DNA of 64,000 nt from Hyalangium minutum (GTDB lineage Bacteria > Myxococcota > Myxococcia > Myxococcales > Myxococcaceae): NCBI RefSeq assembly GCF_000737315.1, contig NZ_JMCB01000009.1:62001-126000 (forward strand), written 5' to 3'. The position numbers and the translations under genes are program-made. The notes under the pieces are model-generated. The model ran no database searches. It saw only the letters and a program-made list of their open reading frames with translations, and had not been told where the DNA came from. The stretch's first letter is position 1. Each line of letters starts with the position of its first letter. This document shows, piece by piece, positions 9,462 through 20,551 of this stretch.

Positions 9462-9646
9462 GGTGGCGGTAACCCTCAACCCTTTCCTCCCGAGCCGCTT
9501 TCAGAAAAGGAGGACGCACGAGGCTCGGGAACGGCATACCGCCCATTTTCGATTCTTCAAGTCCCTGGAAATACTCCAGTTTGTCCGAGCCGTCTTCCAG
9601 GCCGAAGGATCCCCCGGGCGGCGCACGGGGTCACTATATTGGCCCC

Positions 9647-10786
9647 ATGGCGGACCCTTCGGACCTCGAGACTCTCCGCATCTCTATCGAGCGCATCGAC
9701 GCGGAGATCCTGGACGCGCTGCGGCGGCGGATGGATCTGGCGGACGACATTGCCCGGACCAAGCTGGCGGCGGCGGCCCCGCTGCGCGATCCGCGCCGCG
9801 AGGACATGGTGTTGCGCAAGGTCCGGGAGGCGGCGACCCGGCATGCCCTGGATCCCCATGAGATCGAGCGCATCTACCGGCTCATCATGGACATGTCCGT
9901 GGCGCGGCAGCAGTCGCTGATCCAGCGGCAGGACACCACGCCCCTGCGCGTGGGCTATCCGGGCATCGAGGGCTCCTACAGCCACCTCGCCGCGCGCCAG
10001 CGCTACGCGGGCCGCTCTGGTGGCGTGCTGCTCAGCGGCTTCGAATCGGGCCGCGAGGTGCTCGACGCCCTGCGCCGCGGCGAGCTCGATCTGGCCCTGC
10101 TCCCCATCGAGAACACGTCTGCGGGCAGCGTGAACGAGACATACGATCTGCTCGCCGAGGGCGGTGTCACCATCATCGGTGAGCAGCTGAGCCAGGTGGC
10201 GCACCGGCTGCTTGCGCTGCCTGGGGCGAAGCTGGAGGATCTGCGCATCGTGCTGTCTCACCCGCAGGCCCTGGCGCAGTGCTCGGACTTCCTGCGCAAG
10301 GTGCCGTGGATCCGCCCGCTTCCTGAGTTCGACACCAGTGGGGCGGCACTCAAGGTGCACGAGCGCAACGATCCCACGGTGGCGGCCATCGCCAGCGAGT
10401 CCGCGGCACAGCGCTTCGGGCTGCAGGTGCTGGTGCGAGACATCCAGCCCGCCTCGGGTGACTACACGCGCTTCGTGGAGCTGGCGCGCGAGGCCACCCC
10501 GGTCCCGCCGGATATGGCGTGCAAGACGACGCTGACGGTGGTGCTGGAGCACCGGCCGGGGACGCTCGGGCAGGTGCTGACGGCGCTGGCGCAGCGCGGG
10601 GTCAACCTGGCCAAGCTGGAGTCCCGGCCCATTCCGGGCGAGCCGTGGCGATACCGCTTCTTCCTGGACCTGGAGGGACACGCGGCCTCGGCGCCGCTCA
10701 TGGCGGCGATTGGGGATCTCCAGCCGCTGACGACGTCCATGCAGATGCTGGGGACCTACGTTGTGGCGGAGAAGAGCAATGGGTAA
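9647..10786 (+). CDS. pheA: Bifunctional chorismate mutase/prephenate dehydratase (P-protein)
   Basis: AroQ-type CM N-terminus (RISIERIDAEILDALRRR), PIENTSAGSV, SHPQALAQC, TRF, ACT ESRP. Confidence 0.9.
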   Translation: MADPSDLETLRISIERIDAEILDALRRRMDLADDIARTKLAAAAPLRDPRREDMVLRKVREAATRHALDPHEIERIYRLIMDMSVARQQSLIQRQDTTPLRVGYPGIEGSYSHLAARQRYAGRSGGVLLSGFESGREVLDALRRGELDLALLPIENTSAGSVNETYDLLAEGGVTIIGEQLSQVAHRLLALPGAKLEDLRIVLSHPQALAQCSDFLRKVPWIRPLPEFDTSGAALKVHERNDPTVAAIASESAAQRFGLQVLVRDIQPASGDYTRFVELAREATPVPPDMACKTTLTVVLEHRPGTLGQVLTALAQRGVNLAKLESRPIPGEPWRYRFFLDLEGHAASAPLMAAIGDLQPLTTSMQMLGTYVVAEKSNG

Positions 10787-11597
10787 CTCTCGAATCGCGT
10801 TCCAGGGAGAGCGTGGCGCCTACAGTGAGGAGGCCACGCGGGCCCTCTTCGGCCCCAACGTAGAGGCGGTGCCCTGCCCCAACTTCCGCGCCGTGTTCGA
10901 GCGGGTGGCCTCGGCGCAGGTGGATGGAGGCGTGGTGCCGGTGGAGAACTGCCTGGCAGGCCCTGTCTCCGAGAACGTGGACCTGCTGCTGGAGTTCTCC
11001 CTGCCCATCACGGGAGAGCTGTCGCTCCGCATCCGCCACTGTTTGGTGGCGCCGGAGGGCATAACGCTCGAAGAACTGGAGCGTGTCCTCTCCCATCCGC
11101 AGGCACTGGCCCAGTGCGCGGGCTTCCTGCGGCAGCACCGCCTTACTCCGGTGCCGGAGGGTGACACGGCGGGCGCGGCTCGGCGCGTGGCGGAGCTGAA
11201 GCCCCCGCGTACGGCTGCGATCGCCAGCCGGACAGCGGCGACCCTCTACGGCCTGACCATCCTCCGGGAGAACATCGAGGACGCCCCGGACAACCGCACC
11301 CGGTTCGTTGCGCTGAGCGCTGTCCCGGTTCTCAAGGGGTCTCAGAGGAAGACGGCGCTGGCGCTCACGGTGGAGAACACGCCGGGATCGCTCCACACGG
11401 TGCTGGGCGTGTTTGCCCGGCATGGGCTCAACCTCATCCGGCTGGAGAGCCGTCCCCAGCGCCGCCCGTGGGAGTACGTCTTCTGCCTGGACTTTGAAGG
11501 AGCGCTCGAGGAACCCCGTGTGAGCGAGGCGCTCGAGGAGGCCTCACGCCTCTGCCGCTCGTTCCGGGTGCTGGGCAGCTACCACGTCGCGGACTAG
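10779..11597 (+). CDS. Monofunctional prephenate dehydratase (PDT + ACT)
   Basis: AFQGERGAYSE, PVENCLAG, SHPQALAQC, NRTRF, ESRP; 8-nt overlap with pheA. Confidence 0.85.
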   Translation: MGNSRIAFQGERGAYSEEATRALFGPNVEAVPCPNFRAVFERVASAQVDGGVVPVENCLAGPVSENVDLLLEFSLPITGELSLRIRHCLVAPEGITLEELERVLSHPQALAQCAGFLRQHRLTPVPEGDTAGAARRVAELKPPRTAAIASRTAATLYGLTILRENIEDAPDNRTRFVALSAVPVLKGSQRKTALALTVENTPGSLHTVLGVFARHGLNLIRLESRPQRRPWEYVFCLDFEGALEEPRVSEALEEASRLCRSFRVLGSYHVAD

Positions 11598-11743
11598 CAA
11601 TTCTTTCCTTAACCCTGACATCACGCTTTCCCTGTCAACCCCGCCCACTGAGTGGAATGTTGCGGCTTCCATTGTAGATTGCTACGACTCGGCCTGCCGA
11701 CCCCTGGATCAATGACTGCCAGGACACCGCAGGAGGGGAGCCT

Positions 11744-13558
11744 TTGGAGCAGCAGTTGGGCAAGTACCGGCTCGTTCGCAGGCTGGCCACCGGAGGCATG
11801 GCTGAAGTCTTTCTGGCCAAGGCCGCAGGTCCCATGGGCTTCGAGAAGGAGCTCGTGGTCAAACGCATCCTTCCCCACCTGGCCGAGGACCCTCAATTCG
11901 TCGAGATGTTCCTCGCCGAGGCGAAGCTGGCGGCCCGCCTCAACCACGGCAATGTCGTCCAGATCTTCGACTTCGGAGAGCAAGAAGACTCGTACTTCAT
12001 TGCCATGGAGTACGTGGAGGGGCTCAACCTGAAGGTTCTCTTGAAGAGAACCCTCCAGCAGGGCAAGCCCCTCCCTTTCCCTCTCATTGCCCGCATTGTC
12101 TCTCTGGCCTGCGAAGGACTCGCCTACGCCCACGAGTTGGTGGATCCCGACAGCGGTCAGCCCATGAAGTTCATCCACCGGGACATCAGCACCGACAACA
12201 TCCTCGTGTCGCTCACGGGGGGTGTGAAGGTGGTGGACTTCGGCATTGCCAAGGCCGCCACGGTGGGCTCGCAGACGCAAAGCGGCATCATCAAAGGCAA
12301 GCTGCCCTATATGCCGCCCGAGTACCTCATGGCGTCGCCCATCGACCTGCGCTCGGACATCTACGCGCTCGGGGTGGTGCTCTACGAGCTGATCGCGGGC
12401 CGCAGGCCCTTTGTGGCGGAGACGGATGTCCTGCTCGCGCAGCTCATCATCCACGGCCTCCCGACGGATCTCCGATCGCTGCGCGAGGGCGTGCCCACAC
12501 GGCTCGTGCAAGTGCTTGAAAAGGCAATGCACAAGAATCGGGACGAGCGCTATGCCACCTGCCGGCAGATGCAGGCGGACCTCGAGCGCTTCCTCTTCGA
12601 GTGCGGCGAGCCCGTGGGAGCCCTTCAGATCGCCGAATGGGTGAAGGCCATGGCCGCGGTGGAGCCCCCACCGACCCGCCGCAATTCACGAGAACTTCCT
12701 GTGCTGGCCTCGCCCACCGAGTCCATGGCGAAGCCAGCCACCCGGCCCCTCCGGGCGCCAACGACAGAAGAGTCCTCAGCCCGTCGGCAGGACACGATCA
12801 TCACCCAGTCGATGTCTCCCGGTGACGAGGAGGACGACGCGGAACTGGCCCGGCTCGTCACGCGGCCTCGCTGGCCCAAAGCCGTCGGGCTTACCGCAGG
12901 GGTGCTCCTCCTCGCGGCAGTGCTCTTCTCGCTCTTCTCACATGAACCGGCCCCTGATGCCGCACAGGCGGAGGCGCCTGCGGCGGATGCCCATCAGGCC
13001 CCCGCCGTTCCCGCTGCCACCCCACCTCCCGAGGCCCTCCGTCAGAATGACTCCACAGGCCAGCAGCCAACCAAAGCGCCTCAGGCCGTGATTCCCGCAG
13101 TCCCCACCGGTGAACCGCCCTCCCCTGAATCCCCGACGGCCAACACGAGCCGCCTGAAGGTGGTGTCCAATCCCGAGGGAGAACTGTGGATCAATGAGAA
13201 GGAACGGGGCATGACCCCTTTTGATCGACCAGTGCCTCCCGGCAAGAAGTCCATCGAGGTCATCGGCACGCACGACGGACATCGCTTCAACAAAGTGCAG
13301 GTGATTCAGATCAAGGAGGGAGAGAGCCGGAAGGTCTCCTTCGCGTTCAAGAAGAGCCGCGTGCAGGTATGGGCCAATCCTGGAATGAAGGTGCTCAAGC
13401 TGGATGGTCATCCACTCGGCAAGGATGGCTGGATCGAAACCTACGAGGGTTGGCACACACTGGAAGCCGTGGATGCTGTCACGGGCAAGCCCATTCCGGC
13501 CGAATGCAAGGCGGTGGCGAAGAGCCGGGAATGCAAAGCCTCCTCGAGCTTCAAGTGA
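11744..13558 (+). CDS. Hanks-type Ser/Thr protein kinase with TM helix and extracytoplasmic PEGA-like C-terminus
   Basis: [32 protein letters not shown]; TM segment [19 protein letters not shown]; TTG start with GAGGGG RBS. Confidence 0.9.
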   Translation: MEQQLGKYRLVRRLATGGMAEVFLAKAAGPMGFEKELVVKRILPHLAEDPQFVEMFLAEAKLAARLNHGNVVQIFDFGEQEDSYFIAMEYVEGLNLKVLLKRTLQQGKPLPFPLIARIVSLACEGLAYAHELVDPDSGQPMKFIHRDISTDNILVSLTGGVKVVDFGIAKAATVGSQTQSGIIKGKLPYMPPEYLMASPIDLRSDIYALGVVLYELIAGRRPFVAETDVLLAQLIIHGLPTDLRSLREGVPTRLVQVLEKAMHKNRDERYATCRQMQADLERFLFECGEPVGALQIAEWVKAMAAVEPPPTRRNSRELPVLASPTESMAKPATRPLRAPTTEESSARRQDTIITQSMSPGDEEDDAELARLVTRPRWPKAVGLTAGVLLLAAVLFSLFSHEPAPDAAQAEAPAADAHQAPAVPAATPPPEALRQNDSTGQQPTKAPQAVIPAVPTGEPPSPESPTANTSRLKVVSNPEGELWINEKERGMTPFDRPVPPGKKSIEVIGTHDGHRFNKVQVIQIKEGESRKVSFAFKKSRVQVWANPGMKVLKLDGHPLGKDGWIETYEGWHTLEAVDAVTGKPIPAECKAVAKSRECKASSSFK

Positions 13559-13567
13559 GGCAGCCCC

Positions 13568-14131
13568 TCACCCCGCGGGACGCAGGCGGGCCGCCAGGTG
13601 CATGTAGTGGCTGCTCCGCTCGTTATCTCCGAGGTGCGCCCACGCATCCGCCAGGGCCCTCGCCGCGTCGATGAACGACGGGTGGTACTCCAGCGCGAGC
13701 TCGAACATGTGGCGCGCATGCCGGTACCGCGCCTTGTCCGTCCGCCGCCCCCCTTTCGACAGCAGCGCCTGCCCCAAGCCGAAAATCTCCACCGCAGCCG
13801 CCTCCCGGTACGACTGCTCCGTGTTGAGCTGGAAGGCGCGATCCAGCAACGAGGAAGCGGCCTCGGGCTCATCCAGCTCGAGCTGGCAGAGCGCGGCGTT
13901 GCGGTAGTTGTCCGCGGTGGACGGGTCCAGCTCGATGGCGCGCTCGAAGCAGCGCAGTGCCTCCGCCGGACGTCCCAGCCGCGTGAGCGAGAAGCCCTTG
14001 GCACTCAGCGCCGGCGTGTGCCGCGGATCCTCGCTCAGCACCTTGTCGAAGGCCTGAATGGCGGAGGCATGCTCCCCCGCCGTGGAACGGTTCACGCCCT
14101 CGTTGAACGCCGCGAGCAGCTTGTGTGACAT
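13568..14131 (-). CDS. TPR-repeat protein
   Basis: Several TPR consensus units (AIQAFDKVLSEDP, ALRCFERAIELDP); ATG 14131. Confidence 0.8.
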   Translation of the reverse strand: MSHKLLAAFNEGVNRSTAGEHASAIQAFDKVLSEDPRHTPALSAKGFSLTRLGRPAEALRCFERAIELDPSTADNYRNAALCQLELDEPEAASSLLDRAFQLNTEQSYREAAAVEIFGLGQALLSKGGRRTDKARYRHARHMFELALEYHPSFIDAARALADAWAHLGDNERSSHYMHLAARLRPAG

Positions 14132-14456
14132 CCGTGGACCTCTCGAGCTCCGGCCGCGAGCATCACGGCCGAACCTAGAGCCTGACAAACACGAGGCCCC
14201 TCTGAAAAGGTGGCACCGCGCAGCCCTGCCCCAGTGTCGGAAGTCCGGCTAATGAGTCGCCCCATGCGCACGTAGGCTATCGAATACCCTCGGCCTCGAG
14301 GACCGCTGCAAAACCGGTGGGAAAAGTCCGCATACCGGGGAACCCATTCCAGCGCCTTGAGCCAAGCATTGCTCACGGCCCGGGCTCCCCGGAGCGACTC
14401 ATGCAGGCTGGCCAGCCGAGGGGCGGTGCCATGCCCCTCGCCATACCAGATCCGCG

Positions 14457-16097
<1,641 letters not shown>

Positions 16098-16116
16098 CCC
16101 CGCGTCTCCCTCGCCC

Positions 16117-17118
16117 TTACGAAGAAAGTGTGACCGCCTCTAGCTCGAGGCCACCCTCTTCTCGCCTCACCCCAACGCCCGACTCTTGTCTGCTCGCCGC
16201 CGGAGCCCCCCGGGCCCGGCGCATCTCTTGAATGGCCCCGCTCAGCAACTGCGTGGGCACTCCCAATGTATCCGGGAAGCACACCGCGCCCAGGTTGAGC
16301 GACGTACGCAGGGCCTTTCCCTCCACCTGGAAGCGCGCCAGCTCGAAGCGCGCGTTGATGCGCGACAACACCGTCGGCAGCGCCTCTGCCGCCGTCCCTG
16401 GCAGCAGCATCGCAAACTCATCATCCGACACGCGCGCCACCACATCCGACTCGCGCACCGTCTGTCCCAGGATCACCGCCGTGTACACCAACAGCCGCTC
16501 CTCGATGGCCGGCCCATACTGCTTGCGGAAGGCCCTCAGGCTCTGAGGTGAGCACGCCACCACGGAGAAGACTCCGCCGTAGCGCTCCGCCCGCCGCAGC
16601 TCCAAGCCGATCAGCGCCAGCAGGAAGGGCTTGTTGTAGAGCCCCGTGAGGGGATCGTGCAGCACCAGCGCCGTGCCTGCATCCGCTCCTTCGGCGGCGC
16701 GCAACACCGCGTCCCTCAGCCGCAGCTGCGCGTGCAGCTTGAGCGCCAGCTCCGCTCCCGTGCTCGTGCGCGGCACCAGGTCCACGCACTGCCCCTTCTC
16801 CACACAGAAGCGCCAGGCCTCCAGATCGTGCGGATCCACCAGATAGAGGAGCGGCACCGTGCTCCCGCCAATCTGACGCAGCCGGCGCACCGTGGCCACC
16901 GCCGCATAGTCCGGCGGCTGCGCGGCCAGCACCACGGCATCCGGCCGGATCACCTCGAAGAGCGGAGCCGCCGCGTCGAACCGCGTCAGCGGCACGACCC
17001 GGAACCCCTCCTCCGTCAGCAGGGCACGCGTCCGCTCCAGATCCTCCGCCCGTGGCTCCACAAGGAGTACGGTTGGCTGGATCCCTGCCCTCCGGACGTG
17101 CTTGCGCTTTAGCGCCAC
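16117..17118 (-). CDS. actA: Pseudo-receiver + degenerate GGDEF protein, ActA-like
   Basis: Receiver fold without the phospho-Asp (VVLAAQ), DPLTGLYNK, I-site RESD, active site SDDEF. Confidence 0.8.
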   Translation of the reverse strand: MALKRKHVRRAGIQPTVLLVEPRAEDLERTRALLTEEGFRVVPLTRFDAAAPLFEVIRPDAVVLAAQPPDYAAVATVRRLRQIGGSTVPLLYLVDPHDLEAWRFCVEKGQCVDLVPRTSTGAELALKLHAQLRLRDAVLRAAEGADAGTALVLHDPLTGLYNKPFLLALIGLELRRAERYGGVFSVVACSPQSLRAFRKQYGPAIEERLLVYTAVILGQTVRESDVVARVSDDEFAMLLPGTAAEALPTVLSRINARFELARFQVEGKALRTSLNLGAVCFPDTLGVPTQLLSGAIQEMRRARGAPAASRQESGVGVRREEGGLELEAVTLSS

Positions 17119-17273
17119 CGCTCCATCCTCCTGTCCCCGCCCAGAACTTTCTTACTCACGCCGTCCCTCGCCATCCCACCCAGAATTACAGCCCTTCCCC
17201 CGGCTCCACCCTGCCCATCCCCTTGAACTTCCAAGGGAAGGGTATTCCGTTCCCCATCCTGGGCGCGGAACAG

Positions 17274-17289
17274 AGCAACCCGTGTGCCA
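17274..17289 (-). promoter_or_regulatory. Consensus sigma54 promoter of actAB
   Basis: Minus strand TGGCACACGGGTTGCT, a match to TGGCAC-N5-TTGCW. Confidence 0.85.
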
Positions 17290-17291
17290 CG

Positions 17292-17528
17292 CTACCCACG
17301 CCGGAGCCGGGCCTCGAAGGCAGCCTCGTCCACCCGGTGCTTGAAGGCTGGCTCGCCATCCATGACGACCACCGGGATGTCGTAGCGCCACGCCATCATC
17401 GCCGCTGGATCCTCCAGGATGCTGATGATCCGTAGCTCGAAGGGGATACGGGCACGCACACGCTCTACGACGTCAATCGCCTCGTCGCAGAGGGAGCAAG
17501 AGGGTTTCGAGTAGATATCCACCTTCAT
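17292..17528 (-). CDS. Glutaredoxin-like protein (DUF836 type)
   Basis: YSKPSCSLC CxxC, YDIPVV cis-Pro motif, 78 aa. Confidence 0.85.
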   Translation of the reverse strand: MKVDIYSKPSCSLCDEAIDVVERVRARIPFELRIISILEDPAAMMAWRYDIPVVVMDGEPAFKHRVDEAAFEARLRRG

Positions 17529-17549
17529 GGCGATGCAGGATGCGCAACG

Positions 17550-18698
17550 ATGCAGGGCCTGTCAGGCGATTTCACGACGATGCCCCTCAAGGACGTCGTC
17601 CAGTACCTGGGCAACCGTCGGCTTTCCGGCAAGCTGTTGGTTCAACGGGCGGGTGTGTTCAAGGACCTGACGTTGAGCGAGGGCTCGGTCGTCAGCGCCA
17701 GTTCCAACCAGCCCCGCGAGTACCTGGGCCAGTTCCTGATAAACATGGGGCACCTGACGGAGGACCAGCTCAGCCGGGCCTTCGAGGCCCAGCGCGAGAC
17801 GGACTACCGGCTGGGGAAGATCCTGGTGATGAAGGCGATCGTCCCCGAGGCGACGGTGCTGAGCATGCTCAGCCTGAAGTTCCGGGAGATGCTGCTGGAC
17901 GCCTTCCAGTGGCCCGAGGGCGAGTTCCAATTCGAGATTGTGGACATCGCCAACCCGCTGGACGGGCTGGATGTGCGGGTGGATCTGCTGGACATCCACC
18001 GCGAGGGCGAGTTCCGGGAGACGGCGTGGCAGGCGATGCGCTCGGCGTTCCCGACGGGGCAGGCGCGGCTGACGGTGGATGAGAAGAAGCTGGCCGAGCC
18101 CCGTCAACCGGGCAGCATGGACGAGCGGCTGGTGCAGCTGATCAAGGACGGGCTGACCATCGACGAGCTGGCGCTGGCGCTGCACGCCACGGACTTCTAC
18201 CTGTACCAGCGGCTGTACGCGCTCTACCGGCAGGACGCGGTGAAGGTGCGCGAGAGCACGACGCCCCCACCCACGGAGAAGCCGGCGGAGACGCCGCAGG
18301 TGATCGGGTCGGAGTCGTCGGTGGACGAGGTGCTCCAGGTGGCACGCGTGTTCCTGGAGGGACAGAACCACCGGGACGCCGAGGTGCTGGCGCGCCGGGC
18401 GCACGAGATGGCGCCCTCGGCGGAGACGGCAGAGTTGCTCCGGCAGACGGAGCAGGCGCTGCTGGAGTCGCTGCGGCGGCAACTGATGGAGCCGCCCCAG
18501 GTCCCGTCGCTGCTGGTGCCTCAGGCCCAGGTGAAGACGATGCAGCTGGCTGCCCCGGAGCGCTATCTGCTGTCGCGCATTGACGGCAAGCGGGACGTGG
18601 CGGCCATTGTCCGCGTGTCACCGCTGCACGAGCTGGAGGCGCTGAAGTACTTCCAGGAGTTCGTGGCCCACGGCTTCGTGAAGCTGACGCCGCGCTGA
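17550..18698 (+). CDS. DUF4388 (PatA-N-like) domain protein
   Basis: LSGDFTTMPLKDVVQYL...SGKL, EYLGQFLINMG, FQWPEGEFQF typical of myxobacterial DUF4388. Confidence 0.8.
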   Translation: MQGLSGDFTTMPLKDVVQYLGNRRLSGKLLVQRAGVFKDLTLSEGSVVSASSNQPREYLGQFLINMGHLTEDQLSRAFEAQRETDYRLGKILVMKAIVPEATVLSMLSLKFREMLLDAFQWPEGEFQFEIVDIANPLDGLDVRVDLLDIHREGEFRETAWQAMRSAFPTGQARLTVDEKKLAEPRQPGSMDERLVQLIKDGLTIDELALALHATDFYLYQRLYALYRQDAVKVRESTTPPPTEKPAETPQVIGSESSVDEVLQVARVFLEGQNHRDAEVLARRAHEMAPSAETAELLRQTEQALLESLRRQLMEPPQVPSLLVPQAQVKTMQLAAPERYLLSRIDGKRDVAAIVRVSPLHELEALKYFQEFVAHGFVKLTPR

Positions 18699-18707
18699 GC
18701 CCAGGCT

Positions 18708-20210
18708 TCAAGGAGGAGGCGGCGTCGCGAAGCCTTCGGAGGCCTTCAGCTCTTCGACCGTGCCCTCCTCCCCTTCAGCATCCTCCATAGGCTCTCCGGG
18801 CTTGGCCTCCGCCGCGGCATCCGGGGTGGTGACAGAAGCGGAGTCGGGCGACGAGACGGTATTGCCTGCTACGGCAGGCGCTGGAGCACTCGAGTCTTCC
18901 TTCTCTGGCGCCGTCTTGGGCGGCTTGGGGAGGCGGTCCAGCGCCAGACGCATGGCCTCGCGCCCGAGCCACGTGGCGCGGATGCGCCAGAGCGGATCAT
19001 TGACGATGACGGCGGCCACGGCCACGCGCGGATGGTCCTTGGGGGCGAAGCCGACGAACCACGAGTAGTCCCGGAAGGGATTCTTGTCCGCGAGCGTGCC
19101 CGTCTTGCCCACGGCACCCTCGACGCGGAACGCCCGCTCCCGGAAGATGCGCCGGGCAGTGCCGTTCGTCACGGTCTGCTCGAGCATGCCGGCCAGATTG
19201 CGCTGCACCTCGGGAGACAACACCTGCTCGGCGGGAGGCGGAGGCGCATCGGAGGGTGGCTCGAAGATCACGGGATCGCGCCAGACCCCGGTGGCCGAGG
19301 CGGCTGCGAGCGCTGCACCATGCAGGGGGGACAGGTACACATCCCCGAAGCCTGCTCCAGCCTCGGCCAGGCCGAACTCCTCATCGGGGATCGAGGCGAG
19401 CGAGATATCCGTGGGGATGGGGAACGAAATGGGGCGGTTGAAGCGCAGGCGCGCGGCCATGCGCCGCAGGGCATCGGCGGCCAGGTACTTCTTGGTCATC
19501 TTGGCGAAGATGACGTTGGCGCTCTTGCCCATGGCATCAGCCAGCGAGTAGCAGGCGCCATCGCGCTCACTGTCTTCCAGGAGCCGCTCGGAGATCCGCC
19601 GCTTGCCCCCGTGGAAGCACGCCTCCTCGAAGGGAGACACGCCCGCCTCGAGCAACGCGCTGCCAGTGACGATCTTGAAGATGCTGGCGGCAGGGAACAC
19701 CGCGCGCGTGGTGAGTCCGCGCATGTCCGGCTGGGCCTGCGAGTGCTCCGCGAGCGCCAGCACGCGGCCGGTGGAAGGCTCGAGCACCACGGCCGCGCCA
19801 TAAGGGACCTGGTAGTCCTTCATGATGCGGGTGAGCTGGTCCTGGAGCGTCGAATCGATCGTGAGGGGCACCTCTCCCTGAGGGCCTGACACCACGAGCC
19901 GCCCATCACGCCGGAGCTTGGCACGCCCCAACAGGTCCTCTTTACGGGACAGCGTGTGCAGCCGGGAGAACGGCGGCGAATCCTTTCGAGCCGGCACCGG
20001 CATCGGCGGCGCCAAGCCGAGTTCCACAGGACCCGCGTCGGGAGCTTCGGTCCCTGCGTCCGGAGTCCCTGCATCTGGGGTTCCCACCTCTGGAGTGGCG
20101 GAGGCAGTGGTTGCCGAAGACTCGGCATCACCCATGGCATACCCCATGGCCCCGAGCAGCAGGGCGAGGGGCAGGATCATTGCTGAGAGGAGGTGGCGGG
20201 AGTGCGGCAT
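18708..20210 (-). CDS. Penicillin-binding protein with a transpeptidase domain only
   Basis: SxxK (ASIFK), SxN (SAN), KTG (GKTGT); signal peptide; no transglycosylase or pedestal domain evident. Confidence 0.85.
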   Translation of the reverse strand: MPHSRHLLSAMILPLALLLGAMGYAMGDAESSATTASATPEVGTPDAGTPDAGTEAPDAGPVELGLAPPMPVPARKDSPPFSRLHTLSRKEDLLGRAKLRRDGRLVVSGPQGEVPLTIDSTLQDQLTRIMKDYQVPYGAAVVLEPSTGRVLALAEHSQAQPDMRGLTTRAVFPAASIFKIVTGSALLEAGVSPFEEACFHGGKRRISERLLEDSERDGACYSLADAMGKSANVIFAKMTKKYLAADALRRMAARLRFNRPISFPIPTDISLASIPDEEFGLAEAGAGFGDVYLSPLHGAALAAASATGVWRDPVIFEPPSDAPPPPAEQVLSPEVQRNLAGMLEQTVTNGTARRIFRERAFRVEGAVGKTGTLADKNPFRDYSWFVGFAPKDHPRVAVAAVIVNDPLWRIRATWLGREAMRLALDRLPKPPKTAPEKEDSSAPAPAVAGNTVSSPDSASVTTPDAAAEAKPGEPMEDAEGEEGTVEELKASEGFATPPPP

Positions 20211-20287
20211 GTGACGGGGCTGATCCTAGATCTCTGGGAACGCCTGTCCACGTCTGCTTCCTCGGCTGCTCTGGGAGTGCGAATCCG

Positions 20288-20551
20288 CTACTGCGCGGGG
20301 TCGTCCAGCACCTCGGAAACGCGAGTGGCGTTCAAGGCTCGGTCCAGCCAGTGCTCCAAGGTTGCGACATCCATACAAGCTTCGATGCGCTGGCGGGAAC
20401 GATCATCCACAAGCACTCCCTTGGCTGCGAGCAACCTCAGGACGGCCCCTGCCATCCCACTGGCCCGCCCCTTCGCGAGCCCCCGGGCCTCTCCTTCTAT
20501 GAGCCCCTTCTGGTGCCCCTGCTCTCTGAGCACCTCTGCCGCAGTCTTCAT
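20288..20551 (-). CDS. Putative nested in-frame small Rpn protein (RpnS-type antitoxin, 87 aa)
   Basis: Internal ATG (MKTAAEVLREQG) preceded by GGAGAGGGCAGAGGCCATC; position matches internal starts described for Rpn toxin-antitoxin genes. Confidence 0.5.
   Translation of the reverse strand: MKTAAEVLREQGHQKGLIEGEARGLAKGRASGMAGAVLRLLAAKGVLVDDRSRQRIEACMDVATLEHWLDRALNATRVSEVLDDPAQ

Noticed and set aside
14209-14226. TGGCAC motif downstream of actB as a possible sigma54 promoter
   Set aside because: No GC at -12, and it points away from the TPR gene
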